In this document: piece by piece, positions 14,544 through 40,985 of the stretch
How positions within the stretch are numbered: the first letter of the stretch is position 1
Layout of the letters: the number at the start of each line of letters is the position of its first letter
NCBI RefSeq assembly: GCF_009914755.1
Contig: NC_060948.1
Strand: one strand, 5' to 3'
Length of the DNA: 64,000 nt
Source of the DNA: the human T2T-CHM13v2.0 reference genome, Homo sapiens
The notes under the pieces: model-generated
Seen by the model: the letters and a program-made list of their open reading frames with translations, nothing else
Database searches by the model: none
Told to the model about the DNA's origin: nothing
Made by a program: the position numbers and the translations under genes

Positions 14544-14812
14544 GGCTGGGCATGGTGGCTCACACCTGTAATTCCAGCATTTTGAGAGCCCAAGGCAGGT
14601 GGATCACCTAAGTTCAGGAATTTAAGACCAGCCTGACCCATATGGTGAAACCTTGTCTCTACTAAAAACACAGAAATTAGCCAGGTGTAGTGGTGGGCGC
14701 CTGTAGTCCCAGCTACTCAGGAGGCTGAGACAGGAGAATTGCTTGAACTTGGGAGGTGGAGGTTGCAAAAGATCTCACTATTGCACTCCAGCCTGGGTGA
14801 CAGAGCAAGAAA
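14544..14812 (+). mobile_element. AluS
   Basis: Dimeric Alu with linker; tail eroded. Confidence 0.9.
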
Positions 14813-16479
14813 TAGAAGAGCTTTTGAAAAAACAGGTTAAAAATAACAAATCTCTGTTCTTCTCACCATTTAGAGAATCAGTCAAGCAAAACAACAGTTG
14901 CCCTCTAAGTTTTGCAAAGTGAATACTTGGAGCAAAATAAGCCTAATTAGTAACAACTAAATCACCCAGATATAAACCCACAATGAAAGCATATGGGAAC
15001 CTCCTTTCCCCCAAAGTCACCATCAGACTTAGAACCAAGGTAGAAATGAGAAATGATGTATCCATATGCTCCTGACATAACCCTCTAAACCAGGTGGACA
15101 GACGTCCTGGGTAACTGCGGATAGGTACGTATTGCACCCCCAGGATCCCTGTAACTACAGGTTCTCAAGAACACCAGGACCACAACCCACATCCCATCTA
15201 GAAACTTCTTTCTCTGATGCCTGCCAAAAGGTCTACTTTTCAGTTCATTATCATAATGAAGGTGAAGTTTTTGCTAATTAGGTGAAATCGTGCATCAGGC
15301 AATAAAAGGACCAAGAGATGTAAGAATTCCTCCTTGGTACAACCAAAGGAGTAAGAAGAGCCCACTTTTGCTTGAAGGCTTACACTAGTGAAATTAAAAA
15401 AAAAAAAAAAAAAAAAAACCTGAAAACTGGGAAAACTGGTTGGTAGCACGGCACGGGTCAGAAGTGAAAGTGCTATGGTCCAAGAAACCCAACCTGCCCT
15501 GAGTGCACTCAGTGTCTGTAAAGAGTCAAGTGTAAAGGTGGCTCTTTTTCAAACCATTTCCAGAATGTAGACAAACCCTGAATTTATAGAATGGGTTATT
15601 ATGTTTTATGATTTCTACATAGAAAATATTTTCTAACCATATCATTTTATAACAAATTAACAATAGCTAATGTTTCCTTTAAAATTTTTCAAGCACACAG
15701 AAAAGTATGAAGAATAATACAGACACATCTGCCATCCGTTCATTTTGCCATATTTGCTTTAGATTTTTAATACTTAAAAATTACATAATGTTCGAAGCCC
15801 CTTATATAACTCCCATCCTGCTCTAGTTCCTCCACAGTGCAAATCTGATTTTGAAGCTAATCATTCCTATCAGTACTTTTGCACTCACACTACAGGTAAG
15901 CCTACACCAAGGACAGCTGATGTCTTTGCAGGTAACATAGTGTACAGTTCCTGCCATACCTTTTCTCTCCAAGTTGTGCTTTGGGATTTATCTGTGTAGA
16001 TACAGGCAGTTCTACTGTATTTATGACAATTGCAGTGTGCTCCTCATTGTCTGAAAAATCCATCCTCCTGTTGACTGACATTTATTTTTTCCAACTTTTT
16101 TGTGAATATAACACTAAATACGTATTTGTCTGTTTCTTTACATATCCATATCTAAGGTTTACAACTAGAAATGGAACTGCAAAAAAGTGTAAATGCTTTG
16201 TAAAAAATGTGATGAAGTGTCATACTGTATGGTCATTCACAAACATGTCCTCTTTCACTTCTTATTAGGCCAGATGTCTTATGTTACAAAATTTTTATCA
16301 AGAGATCTTGGTTGGAAAAGGGGAAACAGTACTTTGCATATACTCTTTTTCTGTCACAAGATTACATTCTACAAAAACAGAAAATATAGTTAACAAATCT
16401 CATTTAAATAAAAACTATAAACTCAGGCAATAACAGGAGGCTCTCCATTGGCAAAAGAGCATCTCAGAAGAGGCACAAG

Positions 16480-16610
16480 GACCCAGAGAGTTTTGAAATC
16501 CCAGGAATCACATAGAAAATGTACAAGTATCTGCGTTTTCTTGGGGAGAGGATCCATAGCTTTTACCAAATTATCTGAGAGTCCAGACCCAAAAAAACTT
16601 TAGAAAGGCA
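16480..16610 (+). mobile_element. MER103-like hAT fragment
   Basis: ttttcttggggagaggatccatagctttt...gacccaaaaaaa. Confidence 0.5.
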
Positions 16611-18517
16611 TTTTTTCAATTCCAAACTTGGGCAGCAATGTGGGAGTGAACATCAGCCAACAGCCGACAGAACCGTGGATGGACACTCTACCTTCCAAAG
16701 CAGACGAATGACTCACCAACATACCTGGAAAGAACATTTTTTTAAATATAATTGACTTCAGAATCCTTTAACATATACTCAGGAAAAAATAATGAGTCAT
16801 AATTCAAGTAATGTGGACTGCTGTTTATATGCAATATTAGAAAATAAATCAAGGTTTCCACTGGGAAAAGCCTGAAGTCCACAGCTTTTTTCTAACCTCA
16901 GTGAGATAGTTAAGACTGGCTGAGAACACTGAACTGCTATTTCAATCATGGAAAGGAGACACGGTTTGGAAATAATGCTGTGGGACTATTTCTCTCTGTA
17001 TTAAATATGCCACACAATTTTTCTTTTTTAATTATTAGGTAATCAGGCAATCAAACAAAAGGAAGCAGACAATTTAAGTTGGAACAGGAGATTCCCACAG
17101 ATTGGAGGGATGGGGCCCCAATGTGAACAGACCCCGCCACGCAGCTTCCCAGCCTTCCAGAAACCCTGTGTGGGCTGCTGGGCTTTTCACCTTAGCAACG
17201 ACTCTAAACATATGTACAGTGACACCAGCTGATTTCTGAAAGATGTAAAAATGGAACAATGGCATAAATTCCAGATTCAAGTAAGGAACACACACCACCA
17301 CCTCTTCCACCCCACCCAACCCCTAAATCCCACTGCTAACCCTGGAGGCAATGCAACATATGCAAACATAGCTTTAATCCCCCTCACATACCAATTTATC
17401 TGCATAATCACATGCCTACAAAAGCTAAATAAGGTCTTTAGATTAACTCTGCACAAACATGTGCACAGACAAAAAATGGCCAAGAGATGGCCGAATCTGG
17501 CAACAGCAGACTAGCCCACAGCAGCCACAGCCCACCTATGGGAGTGCTGTACATTCACCAGCCACAGCTCTGCTTCCCACTCTCTGCCTCATACCTCAAT
17601 GGGCTATTGGTCCTCTCTCTCAGGGCCTTTCCAGATCTCGGCTTCTGGTCCTCTGGGCCTCAAAGTGCAATGCAGGTACTGACAGGCAGATCTCCATCAG
17701 AAGAGAGACAAAGATGAGGTTAACTGCCTGGGCAAAGGTTCCAGGCAGAATATCAAGCATGTCTGGTAAAGTAGAGTGACAGTCCAGGCTCAGACCTCAG
17801 AACCAGTTTCTGTCTTTGAAGAACGCAATCCATTTCACCTGAGAGTTGGAAAACATTGAATTTCCCAGAGATGCTGAGGCTTTGGGAAGACAGCATTTAG
17901 TCCAGGATAAACCAGCAATACTCTCGACCAGGTTTGCAAAAATTAATGGCCCAACATTATCAAGGTGAAGGATGAGGAGAGACAAAGCAGGGAGAAGCCA
18001 TGTGAACTCCTTGCCGCCTGCAGTCAGATCTTCCAGTACTCCAGGTGCTTAAGCAGGATATGACTTTTCCTTACTTCTTCACTATCATCTTTTTGAAGCA
18101 TTAGATGGAAAACTAGGTGAATAAATCCCCAATTAGGAGCTGACATTCTCAAGAGAAAAAACAAACTTGATGTTTCATAGTGTAAAAATCTATTGTGGGC
18201 CCTACAGATATAGTTCTCATTACAGTCCTCATTATAATTACATACTAAATACTCCAAGGAAAAACACAATTGCATGTTAAGACATGAAAAAATTATTGCA
18301 GAATAACCAAGCTTTTGTTCCCTCACAGAGCCTTTTCTGCAATATTTTACATCCAGGTGACAAAGGAGTGGCCAGAGGGAGAATGGGAAGGAGAATGGAA
18401 AGAGGCTCATATCACAGATCTGAAAACAGGCGTCATTTACATGCTTCATAATTCTGAACTCAGGATGCAAAACCCATAAAAATTATGTACTCAGGACTGT
18501 TTGCAAATCTAAGTGCA

Positions 18518-19218
<701 letters not shown>

Positions 19219-19914
19219 TAATTGCTTAAACTGAATTTGTGGCAAACTATTTCTAAGTAAAAATCAGCTCAGATTTGTGTTTTTCAGTGTAATCTGTTAA
19301 AAGCCAGGGTACACAGGCATTCCTAACACATAGTGTATGTGTGCATGCATGAGCAAATGAGACAGAGCCTGAGGCTGACTAGAAGGATGGTAAGGGTACC
19401 ACAGAGAACACAATGCCTACTCTTGGATTTGCCAGAGAATTAACCTAGTTCAGAACCTCACCTGTCAGAAAACACAAAGCAGCAAAGGGTCTGAATTTGG
19501 TCAGTCACTTCCCAAAGAGAAGCATCCATAAACCACCATTTACCTTCAGATAAAGACTAACAGGTTTATTACAAATGATTCACAGCTCACGTTTTCCAAG
19601 GAAGGGCTTCCAACTAAGAAGTCACAGGGCAGACACAGTCATGGTGCACCTCCCTGCAGCTGTCTCTGTCATCAGTGTCTTACACAGTTTATGCTTCACG
19701 GGTCATGAGGCTCTGTTCTTTGCTCCTGTGGACCAACAGAGTAGGGGAAACTAAGGATTCCAAGCTGTTTGGGGTGTGGGGAATTCACCCATCCATGCAG
19801 GGCCAGCTCTAACCCTCTGAACCCAGGGTCACATTATGGACATAAAAAAGTTGGCACAGGCAGCCAGCTGCTCCTCAAGCCCAGCCCCCACACTTTCTGC
19901 TCCCGACTGAAGTT

Positions 19915-20035
19915 GTAAGTCTAGGACTTCCTGGGCCTCAATCTCCTCGTCTGCATACTGGGAACAATCCCTGGGGTCTGCACTGTGCTCTGGAAGGAGC
20001 ACACAGCACCGTGTGTGCTGAGCACACACAAGCAA
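19915..20035 (+). mobile_element. MIR fragment
   Basis: ctgggcctcaatctcctcgtctgcatactgggaacaat resembles the MIR core. Confidence 0.45.
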
Positions 20036-20854
20036 CCCTGACTCAGGACAGTTTCCCAGCCCTAAGTCATGACTAAGGCTTAACTATCCATTTCAAATTA
20101 CATCTGCACAATGCTTTACTTTCATATGTTATTTTATTTGGAGCCTCTAATGAGCCTCAGCTAACAGATGGTATTATTTCCACATTGCAAACAAACAGAT
20201 GGTAGCTGCAACCATCCAAAGACACTCCCTTGCTGTGAATGCCTGGTCAGCCCTCCAGGCAGGACCATCAACTTCAGACCCCATCAGAGCCAACACAGCC
20301 CACTGCTGTCTGCACACTCCTGGAAAATATCTGTGTGTCTGGACTGACCGACATTGATTTTATCCTCTTGAGGATAAAATAATCCCATCTGTCAAGATGA
20401 CCCACGAATAAAGCCTCCTCCTGAACGTTGCCTCAGCATCTGGAGGATAAGCCCACGATGAAAAATGCAAGCATATAGGAAGACAGTCTGTGCCGAGGCC
20501 CCCAGGATTAGAGAGGGCCAGAAATGAAAGTGCCCTCACACATGCTGGGAGCTGCCAACACCTTCAGACTGGGAAGAACAAAGAGCTCCCAAGCACGAGG
20601 GCATGGGAACACAGTAGAGGGACAGACGTGAGGCCAGAGGTGGCTGGAGCAGCAGCACTCACCAAAAGACTCAATGCCATGCTCTCCCTTAGTATCCCGC
20701 TTAGGGGGCTCTGCCCTTAGGGGTAGATGAGCACTGCTATGAAGGGCTGGACCTGGGAGGCAGTCCCCTTTCACTCCTCTGTCCCTACAGCCATGGGAGG
20801 ACACAGCACCAAGCACCACATGTAGGCAGAGACCAGGCCCTCCAGTGGCACCAG

Positions 20855-20956
20855 GCTTTCCAACTTCCAGCTTCCAGAACTGTAAGAAATAAATTTCTGT
20901 TCTATATAAATGACCCAGTCTCAGACATTGTTATAGCAGCATAAATGGGCTAAGGA
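20855..20956 (+). mobile_element. MaLR (MST/MLT1) LTR 3' end
   Basis: acttccagcttccagaactgtaagaaataaatttctgttc...gttatagcagc...gctaag. Confidence 0.7.
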
Positions 20957-21293
20957 AAAAAAAGGAAATGCACTAAGAAATCCAATTTAAAGACAAAGTT
21001 TGTCAGACAGGAATGGAAAAACTAACCCAGCTAGCGCAGCATGAGTTAAGCGATACCTAAACCATGAAAACTGGCAAACATTTCAGAAAAGACAAACTGG
21101 GCACATATTGCACACATCAGACTGGGCTTCTTCTACCAATGCCGGGTACAGACCTGAGGCCAGAATGCATTTCAGGAGATAAAATGAGCCACTATAATAT
21201 GGCAGAAAGTTTCTTTCCTAGGAGAACTAAGACGATCCAAACATTTATGCAAATAAGAAAGCCTCTGAGTAAAGGGCAAGAATCAGCAGAACA

Positions 21294-21582
21294 GGCCAGA
21301 CATGGTAGCTTATAATCCCAGCAATTTGGGAGGCCAAGGCAGACAGATCACTTGAGGTCAGGAGTTGGAGACCAGCCTGGACAACATAGTGAAACCCCAT
21401 CTCTGCTAACACTACAAAAAAAAAAAAATAGCCAGGCATGGTGGTGGGTGCTTTTAATCCCAGGTACTTGTGAGGCTGAGGCAGGAGAATCCCTTGAACC
21501 CAGGAGGCAGAGGTTGCAGTGAGCTGAAATTGCACTCCAGCCTGGGTGACAGAACCAATCTGTCTCAAAATAGAAGAAAACA
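21294..21582 (+). mobile_element. AluS within old L1M-like A-rich fragments (~21000-22270)
   Basis: TSD aatcagcagaaca / aatcaacagaaca. Confidence 0.85.
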
Positions 21583-22516
21583 AATCAACAGAACAGAGAA
21601 CATGAGCCTCAGCCACGGAGCAGATATTAAAGTGCCTTTCAGTAGAGAACAGACCAAGGAAGTAACCCCACCAAATCTAGAAGGAGAAGATCTGAAAGCA
21701 ATACCAAGCTTGAGATACCAAGCACATATAAAATAATCCAAATCATCCAAAAATCACCATTTTTCAGGGTCACAGGGAACAGTCATCAAAACTTTACCAC
21801 ACACAGAACTATAGAGTTAGCCTAAAAACTGTTAAAGAGTCATCTTCTGAAATAACAATGCAATTCAGATGGGAGGAAGGGTGCCTAGAAAACATGACGA
21901 CAAATCTGGGAATTAGAAATGCATTTCTAACTATGAGGGACAAGGGGAGAACAGGGTGGGAATTAAAAATATTAAAATTGGAAATGACAGAGATGTTACA
22001 TAGCAAATTGGGAGATTCAGGTGAAGCAGTTCTTAGAGGGAAAAGTATTTATACTTGTTTCTAGAAAGCACATAAATAAACAAGTTCTAAAAATTAGAAT
22101 ATAACAGAAAGAAAACATGAGAAATATAAGAACATAAAAAGCAAATGTAACAGAGATAAAAAAGTCAAAGATGAGTTTTATTTTAAATTATCTATAAGGT
22201 AAACAGAGAACAAGCTAAATGACAAAATAGGAAAGTAACACGACAAAATAGGAAGGAGAGAACTTTCTGCAAAGCAAATGGCCCAATCTCCATGGCTGTT
22301 TAGTAGGAGGAAGAAAAGGCTCTGCTGGGTGAAAGGCCACCTACAGGGGGTGACCGAGCACACATAGGTGGGCTGAGGCTGGAGTGAAGTGCTGGGCCCA
22401 TGGCATGCCTCTCCTTGGTCTGGACTTTAGAGGAAACAGAAAGAAGCTTGCTGAAATGGAAAGGTGAATAAAAAAATAGATTTTTTAAACATAAATATAT
22501 ACATTATAACATATTT

Positions 22517-22824
22517 GTATCAGTCAGAGTTCATGGATTAAGTAGGTGGTATATGTTGAGAGATTTACTGTGAGGAACTGCTGCACACGACTGTGGGAAT
22601 GCTGGGCAGGCTTTCGGGTAGGAGCCTTGGTTCTAACCCCAAGGCCTCTCTGCAGCCTGAGTCAAGCCCATCACGCCACCTGGGACATCTGGCTTGACTC
22701 AGTCCAACATGCTGCAGATCAGAGCAGCATCCACCAAACACTGCCACACCAGCACCTGGGTGCATGCTTCTTTGAGTCATCCAGCAGTGTAGCTTCAAAA
22801 AACTGACACATAAACCTGACCATC
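22517..22824 (-). mobile_element. MLT2-like ERVL LTR, degenerate
   Basis: tgtatcagtcagagttc...gagagatttactgtgaggaa...tgacacataaacctgaccatca. Confidence 0.6.
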
Positions 22825-22951
22825 AGACTGGTGTGTACATGTATTTGTGCATATAAACATGTACACATAAAAAAAGATCTGTTCTTCAGGTAGTGAAAAT
22901 GTGATTATTTTACATTCTATTTTTACTTACTGGTTTCTCCTAATTTTCTAA

Positions 22952-23278
<327 letters not shown>

Positions 23279-23513
23279 AATAAAGGTTACTTAAAAAAAA
23301 AAAAGAAAGAATAAAAAGAAGTGACTGCAAACAGTTCCAACATTAGGAAAAACATTGTTTTTCACCAGTAAGGATGGTATCATCCTTACTGTTCTCAGAA
23401 CAGTCAGCTGTAGGTGTTTCTCAGAATGTTCTCCATCAAACTGAGGAAATTCCCCTCTGTTCTTACTTTGCAGAGAACTTTCCTTGTAAATGGGTATGGA
23501 ATTACAAAAAAAA

Positions 23514-23800
23514 TTTTTTTTTTTGAGACAGTATCTCACTTTGTTGCCCAGGCTGGAGTGCAGGTGTGGTCTTGGCTCACTGCAGCCTCCACCTCCTGGG
23601 CTCAAATGATCCTCCTGCCTCAGCCTCCAGAGTAGGTGGGACTACAGTTGCACCACCATGCCCGGCTAATTTTTGTACTTTTTTTAGACACGGGCTTTCA
23701 CCATGTTGCTCAGGCTGATCTGTAGCTCCTGGACAAAACAGTCCTCCCATCTCATCCTCCCAAAGTGCTGGGATTACAGGCATGAGCCACCGTGTTGGCC
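23514..23800 (-). mobile_element. AluJ-like, within old L1M fragments
   Basis: Diverged dimeric Alu. Confidence 0.85.
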
Positions 23801-24146
23801 CTCAAATATCATTTTTAAAAAATACCTTCTTACATGAGCTTATGGCACTTATTTTATTATGTGAATATGGTATATTACATAAATTTTTAAAGGCTAAACC
23901 AAATTTGAACTTCTGAGAGAAACCCCACTTGCTCATGAAGTATCGTTATCCTTTATATCTGCTATAATTTAATTTATATCTCTATTACTGTGGGTATTTC
24001 TCTAATTTTGGCAACAACGTGTCCCTGATTCATAGTAAGACTGGGATGCATACCCTCCTCTGCTGTTAAAGGGGATCTATGTACTGATTTAATTCTTTAA
24101 ACATATAGTACAAATGACCAGGTAAGTCACCTGGGACTGATGGTTT

Positions 24147-34881
<10,735 letters not shown>

Positions 34882-34964
34882 CACCACTGACTTTCTGAAC
34901 CCCGAGTGTATTAGCCACCATAACAGACACCTTTTGTCTGATACATTCTGTGGATCATATTCCT

Positions 34965-35186
34965 TTTTTATATATAATTTTACCTTTTATTTTAGATTTG
35001 AGTGGTACAGGTACAGGTTTGTTTCATGGGTATATCATGTGACACTGAGGTTTGGAATGCAGATGATCCCATCACCCAGGTACTGAGCATAGCACCCCAC
35101 AGGTAGTGTTTCAGCCCTGGCCCCTCCATCTCTCCACCCTCTAGTATTCCCTAGTATCTACTGTTCCCAACTTTGTGTGCATGTAT
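34965..35186 (-). mobile_element. L1PA15/16-like 3' end
   Basis: tttagatttgagtggtacaggtacaggtttgt...gatcccatcacccaggtactgagcatag. Confidence 0.7.
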
Positions 35187-35462
35187 AGATTGTATTTCTT
35201 AGATTTCTCTAAATAACGGGGCAGGGAAGGTAGTGTGAACGATGTAAAGGTGTGCCAAATTGGTTCTGCAGAATTAATGTTTTTTGAATAAAGTATTCAA
35301 TTTTCTCAAGTGAGCAGGCCAGTTTCTCAAGAAAAATTTCATTTGAATCCTCCACCCCGAGCCTGCGGAGAGAAAGAGAGAGAGGGAGGGAGAGAGACCT
35401 GTTAAGAGTTGTACTTGTTCTCCTGCAGTGATATGACTTATTTCTTAATGACAACCCTTGCC

Positions 35463-35753
35463 GTTTTTCTTTTTTTTTTTTTTTTTTTGGAGCCAGAGTC
35501 TCACTCTGTCACCCAGGCTGGGGTACAGTGACCAGATAACAGCTCACTGCAACCTTCACCTCCTCGGTTCTCCTGCCTCAGCCTCCTGAGTAGCTGGGAC
35601 TACAGGTGCCCACCACCACGACTGGCTAATTTTTGTATTTTTAGTAGAGACACGGTTTAGTCCAGACAGGGTCTGGATCTCTTGACTTTGTAATTCATCC
35701 GCCTCAGCCTCCCAGAGTGCTAGGGTTACAGGCATGAGCCACCGAGCCCAGCC
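35463..35753 (-). mobile_element. AluS
   Basis: TSD core aacccttg on both sides. Confidence 0.88.
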
Positions 35754-36183
35754 AACCCTTGTTGTTTTCTAAGAGAAAAAAAAGGAGAATGAATGAAATG
35801 TTAAAAGTGGTATTATGTATAATTTTTAAGAGCATAAAGAGAAAATGAAGAATTATAAAAACAAAGGCCAGGAAAGCAAACAGTGTTCTTCCTCCATGTG
35901 GTAGCCAGATGATGTTTTAGGCAAATACCCTGCAAACTGCACAGCCACGTACTCATCTCAAAGGTCTTTCCATGGAGCAACAGCAGTTTTGATCATATCG
36001 TCGTTACCACCATCACCACTTTCTTTCACTCATGTGAAACACCTCTGCAGTGGTTTGGTTTTGTTTTTGTTGGTGGGTTTGGTGGTTGGTAGCTGAGTTT
36101 GTTTCTGGCTTAAAGGGCACATTTGATGAAGAAATCGTTTATGTTTTCAAATATGTAGGCTTTAGTAAACTATCTCACTCTGA

Positions 36184-36591
<408 letters not shown>

Positions 36592-37543
36592 TAGAACCAC
36601 GTTAAACAACAATGGCTTACCACATTCATGCTTCCATGGGACATGGCAAGTTCACTTCGAGACTGCACCTTTATTTATCTTTTGTTATTCTTCACCATAC
36701 ATCCATCTTACTTTGTAGGGTCTTCACAATGATGAATGGCCCAAGACTCATATGGTCAGAACTGAGATCTGAGACTGTCAGCCAGATCAGTGTCCCAATA
36801 TTTATTTCTGCTTGGAATGTTATTCAAGATATTCAGTATATTCAACAAATATTCAATATTCAACAAAATATTTAATGCTATTCAAAATATTCAATAACAG
36901 ATACAGGAACTGACTAAGGAGAAGGATCCTTGTCAAAATGCATCACCAGCATGAGAAGATTGGGAGTCCCAATCTGGTGTGTGACATCCAGAGACCTGAG
37001 GTCTGGGACAGAGGCTCTTTTATCTATCACTGCAGAGGTGTGGCAATATTTTAAACCCAAGAATATCCCAAGAAATATTGTAAAGCCATGAAATGTATAC
37101 ACATTGGCTGATCAACCTTGTTTCTGCTCAAAGCCATCTTATGAGTGTTTGGTAGTAGAATCCTCCATTCAAACAATCTAACCCAAAACAAATGGAGACA
37201 TTGAATGATTCCAAGTAAACAATGGGCTCTCAATTTCAGGGAAAAGAAATGGCCATATTTCGACTCATTCTGAGCATATACTTTTAAGGTAGAGAAAGAG
37301 GCAGAAAAAAATAGTAAGTATTTCCTGACACAGCAATGCTCACTCTTTCCATAGAATGTTGTAGCAGCCCCCTCAAGACTGATAATGACCTGCAGAATGA
37401 ATACCAAGGACACTCACAGGATATAAGGGTCATCTTGAAGCTTAACAGTTCTAACCTCCCCCTCCTCTGGCACATTGCCCCAGTGGGAACAGGCTTTTTT
37501 TGGAATTAAAACAAACAAACAAACAAACAATTCCCCAATTATA

Positions 37544-37923
<380 letters not shown>

Positions 37924-38304
37924 TATAAGCTTACATTTTGGTCTACGCAAATCCTCCAGCAACTATACTTCAGAACAGCATGAAAAAATACGCAGCTTCT
38001 CAGGGAAGTGGAACAATTGGTGCCTGTAACTGTCTGTAAAAGCCACTTTCTCCTCAGCCATGGGATGCAGGAGGCATGTTCTTCCTGCTGGGTCATGAGG
38101 ATGTAGCCTCTGCCACATTCTGAGATCAAATTCCAAGATTCATCTGGCCCTCAGTCATCATTGCCAAGTGTAAAACTACAGCTCCAGTGTACACATTGGA
38201 AGTGGAAGAATAAGATACATGCACCATTACTCCCAGGGTAGAATCAAATCCATCATCTTCTGGCAAACTCAAAGCATGGATGCTAAACACAGAAATAGAC
38301 TCTT

Positions 38305-39590
38305 GATGGCAATGTAAATTAATTCACCAGCAGTCAAAAGCTGTTTGGAGAGTTCTCAAGGAACTCAGAACTACCATTAGACCCATCAATCCCATTACTG
38401 CTTATATACCCAAGGAAAAATATAACCTTCTGACATAAAGACACCTGCACACACATGTTCATTGCAGCTCTACTTACAATAGCAAAGACACAGAATCAAC
38501 CCTAGTGCCCATCCATGTGGAGTGGGTAAGGAAAATATGGTACTTATACACCATGGAATACACAGCCATAAAAAAGAATAAAATCATGTCCTTTGTAGCA
38601 ACAAAGATGCAGCTGGAGGCCATTATTCTAAGCAAATTAATGCAAGAACAGAAAACCAAAGATGGCCTATTCTCACTTATAAAGTGGGAAGTAAACATTG
38701 GGTACTCATGGACATAAGGATACGAACAATAGACACTGGGGACTACTAGAGGGGAGAGGAAGGAAGGGAGACAGGGCTGGGAAAGTACCCCCTGGGTACT
38801 ATGCTCACTACCTGGGTGATGAGATTCATACAGGAGCTAGAAAGAAATTATTCAGACAAATAGTGAGGGTAAAAGAGTCCTCGGTGGAATTTCTCTTAAC
38901 AAAAGGAAGCTCCAAAATCATATCTTTTCTAACAAAGAGCAGCCTGAAAAATCATGCTGCAGACCTAGATAAACAAGGCGGAAGCTTGCACAGGTGAATG
39001 CCGGCAGCTGTGCCAATAGAAAAGGGCTACCTGGGGGCCAGGCACGTTCAACATGGAGGCTCCATCTTCCCTTTTCTTTTTCACAACGTGTACCTTAAAG
39101 GAACAGGCAACATAGTGCCAACCAGGTAGAGAATCCATCTGCATAATTAAAGATTAGGGTGAAGGTGGCCAGGTTTTGGTGCCCTGTGCAAATGGCATGC
39201 CTAGCCCTAACCAGTTTTTTTACCCTATGCAAATAACACACCTGGTCCAACCAATCTCTTGCATGCAATCTAAATCAGACACGGTGTCATCAAGCTCATC
39301 TATAAAACCATTACGTTTTGTCGCAGACCAGAAAACACACTCAGGACCCCCTCTTTGCAGAAGAGAGCTCTTCTCGTTCCTTCACCTGTTAAACTTCCTC
39401 CCTTAACTTCACTCCTTGTGTCCCTGTCCTTGATTTCCTCAGTGTGAGACAACGAACCTCAGGTGTCACCCTAGATGAATGATGCCACTTCAGGATCATT
39501 CAACCCCCAGACCGCAGTATCATACATTATATCCATGTAAAAAACCCACACATGAACCCCCTGAATCTAAAATAAAAGTCATTTTTTTTA
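38305..39590 (+). mobile_element. L1PA15/16-like 3' region interrupted by MER50
   Basis: ORF2 end and 3'UTR; resumes after the LTR (ggatcattcaacccc...aatctaaaataaaag). Confidence 0.75.
38826..39492 (+). mobile_element. MER50-like ERV1 solo LTR
   Basis: tcatacaggagctagaaagaaatta...gatgccacttCA; TSD agat/ggat. Confidence 0.75.
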
Positions 39591-39599
39591 AAAAGAAAT

Positions 39600-40020
39600 A
39601 CACTCTAAAGGACATATATTGTATGATTTCACATATATGAGTACCTCTATAATAGGCAAATTCATGGAGACAAAGTAGAATGGTGGTTACTAGGAGGTGG
39701 GGAAGTAGAGAACAGGGTGTTAGTGTTTAATGGGACAGAGTTTCAGTATGGAAGATAAAGAATTTCCAGAGATGGATGGTGGTGGCAGTTGCACAATATG
39801 AGTGCACTTAATGCCACTCAACTGTACACTTGAAAATAGCTAAAATGGTCAATTTTGTCTTATGTATACTTTGCCACACAATTTTTTTTTTTTTGAGATG
39901 GTGTCTTGGTATGTGGGCCAGGCAGGTCTTGAACTCCCGCCCTCAAGTGATCTTCCCACCTCAGTCTCCCATAGTGCTGAAATTACAGGCATAAGCCACT
40001 GTGCCCAGTGTTTGCCACAG
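39600..40020 (+). mobile_element. L1MB-like 3' end plus a FLAM monomer (39882-40008, -)
   Basis: gagtttcagtatggaagat...tgtacacttgaaaatagc; TSD tttgccaca. Confidence 0.7.
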
Positions 40021-40799
40021 TTCCTAAAATGACACACACAGACTTGGTATCTTTATAAAGGAAGAGCAGTGAAGTCTCTTCCTTTAGTGCAGTCTAGTGC
40101 AGACTAGAAAGACAGCCAAGGTTTCAGAGGCTCATCTTTGATCCCTGGTTTCCAGGCACCCGTCCCTGTGACCCATCGCAGCCCATGTGCTGCACACCTC
40201 TCCCAGGAATGCATTATTTTATTTGCTCTTTTTCTGCAAAACTGCCAAAGTTGATATTTTGTCATAAGCAGCCCTACTCGTGAACCACGTAGCAATGCTC
40301 TGGAGGAAGAATATACAAAATCACTTTCTGGTGACTGTAAGAAGTCCTTTCATCAGAAACTGGATTGAAAGTGTTGGATGAAAATGAAAACCCCGATCTC
40401 ACTGGAGCTGGTGTGTGGCAGCCCCAGCCTGTGGTTAGTGAAGCCCCAGGGCTTCCCTGCAGGCTGACAGTGCGTCAGTGGCTGAGGCTGGTAATGAACA
40501 CCCCAGGGATTGCCTCTCTCCCAGGAATTCTCTCACTGCTAGTGGGAAAGAAGAAACAGGCATGGTTTTCCTTCATAATTCCTCAGGGCTCACAGACAGA
40601 CCGATTAGCCTACACGTGAAATAAACATGAAGTTTCCCTATCAGGAACCAATCTAAATGCAGGGATATTTAAATGATGTCAGCCCAATACAGCCCAAGGG
40701 TGATCAGAAACCCATCCCATTACAGGGAGCTTCAGAACATGACAAACCAGTACTTCAAAGGTGAATGATTAAAAGGTTTGAGAATGTACCCAAGTTAAA

Positions 40800-40985
40800 A
40801 TATTTGTTTATATATATATGTTTTTTATATATGTTTATATAAATGAGTGTATATATATAAACAAGTGTATATATAACCAAATATATATATGTGTATATAT
40901 ATATAACCAAATATATATATGTATATATATAACCAAATATATATACATATATATTTGAGAGAGAGAGACAGAGAGAGAGAGAGAC
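40800..40985. repeat. (TA)n/(GA)n microsatellite with ~30-nt higher-order units (Alu tail derived)
   Basis: ccaaatatatatat(gt)gtatatatataa repeated about 3 times, then (GA)n. Confidence 0.85.

Noticed and set aside
16711-16730. 8-nt minus-strand microexon (ttccag|GTATGTTG|gtgagt) or GPR143 exon 2 start
   Set aside because: Downstream sequence does not match GPR143; it is not frame-preserving and is plausible by chance.
36820-36897. Degenerate (AATATTC)n run
   Set aside because: Short simple repeat with no further structure.
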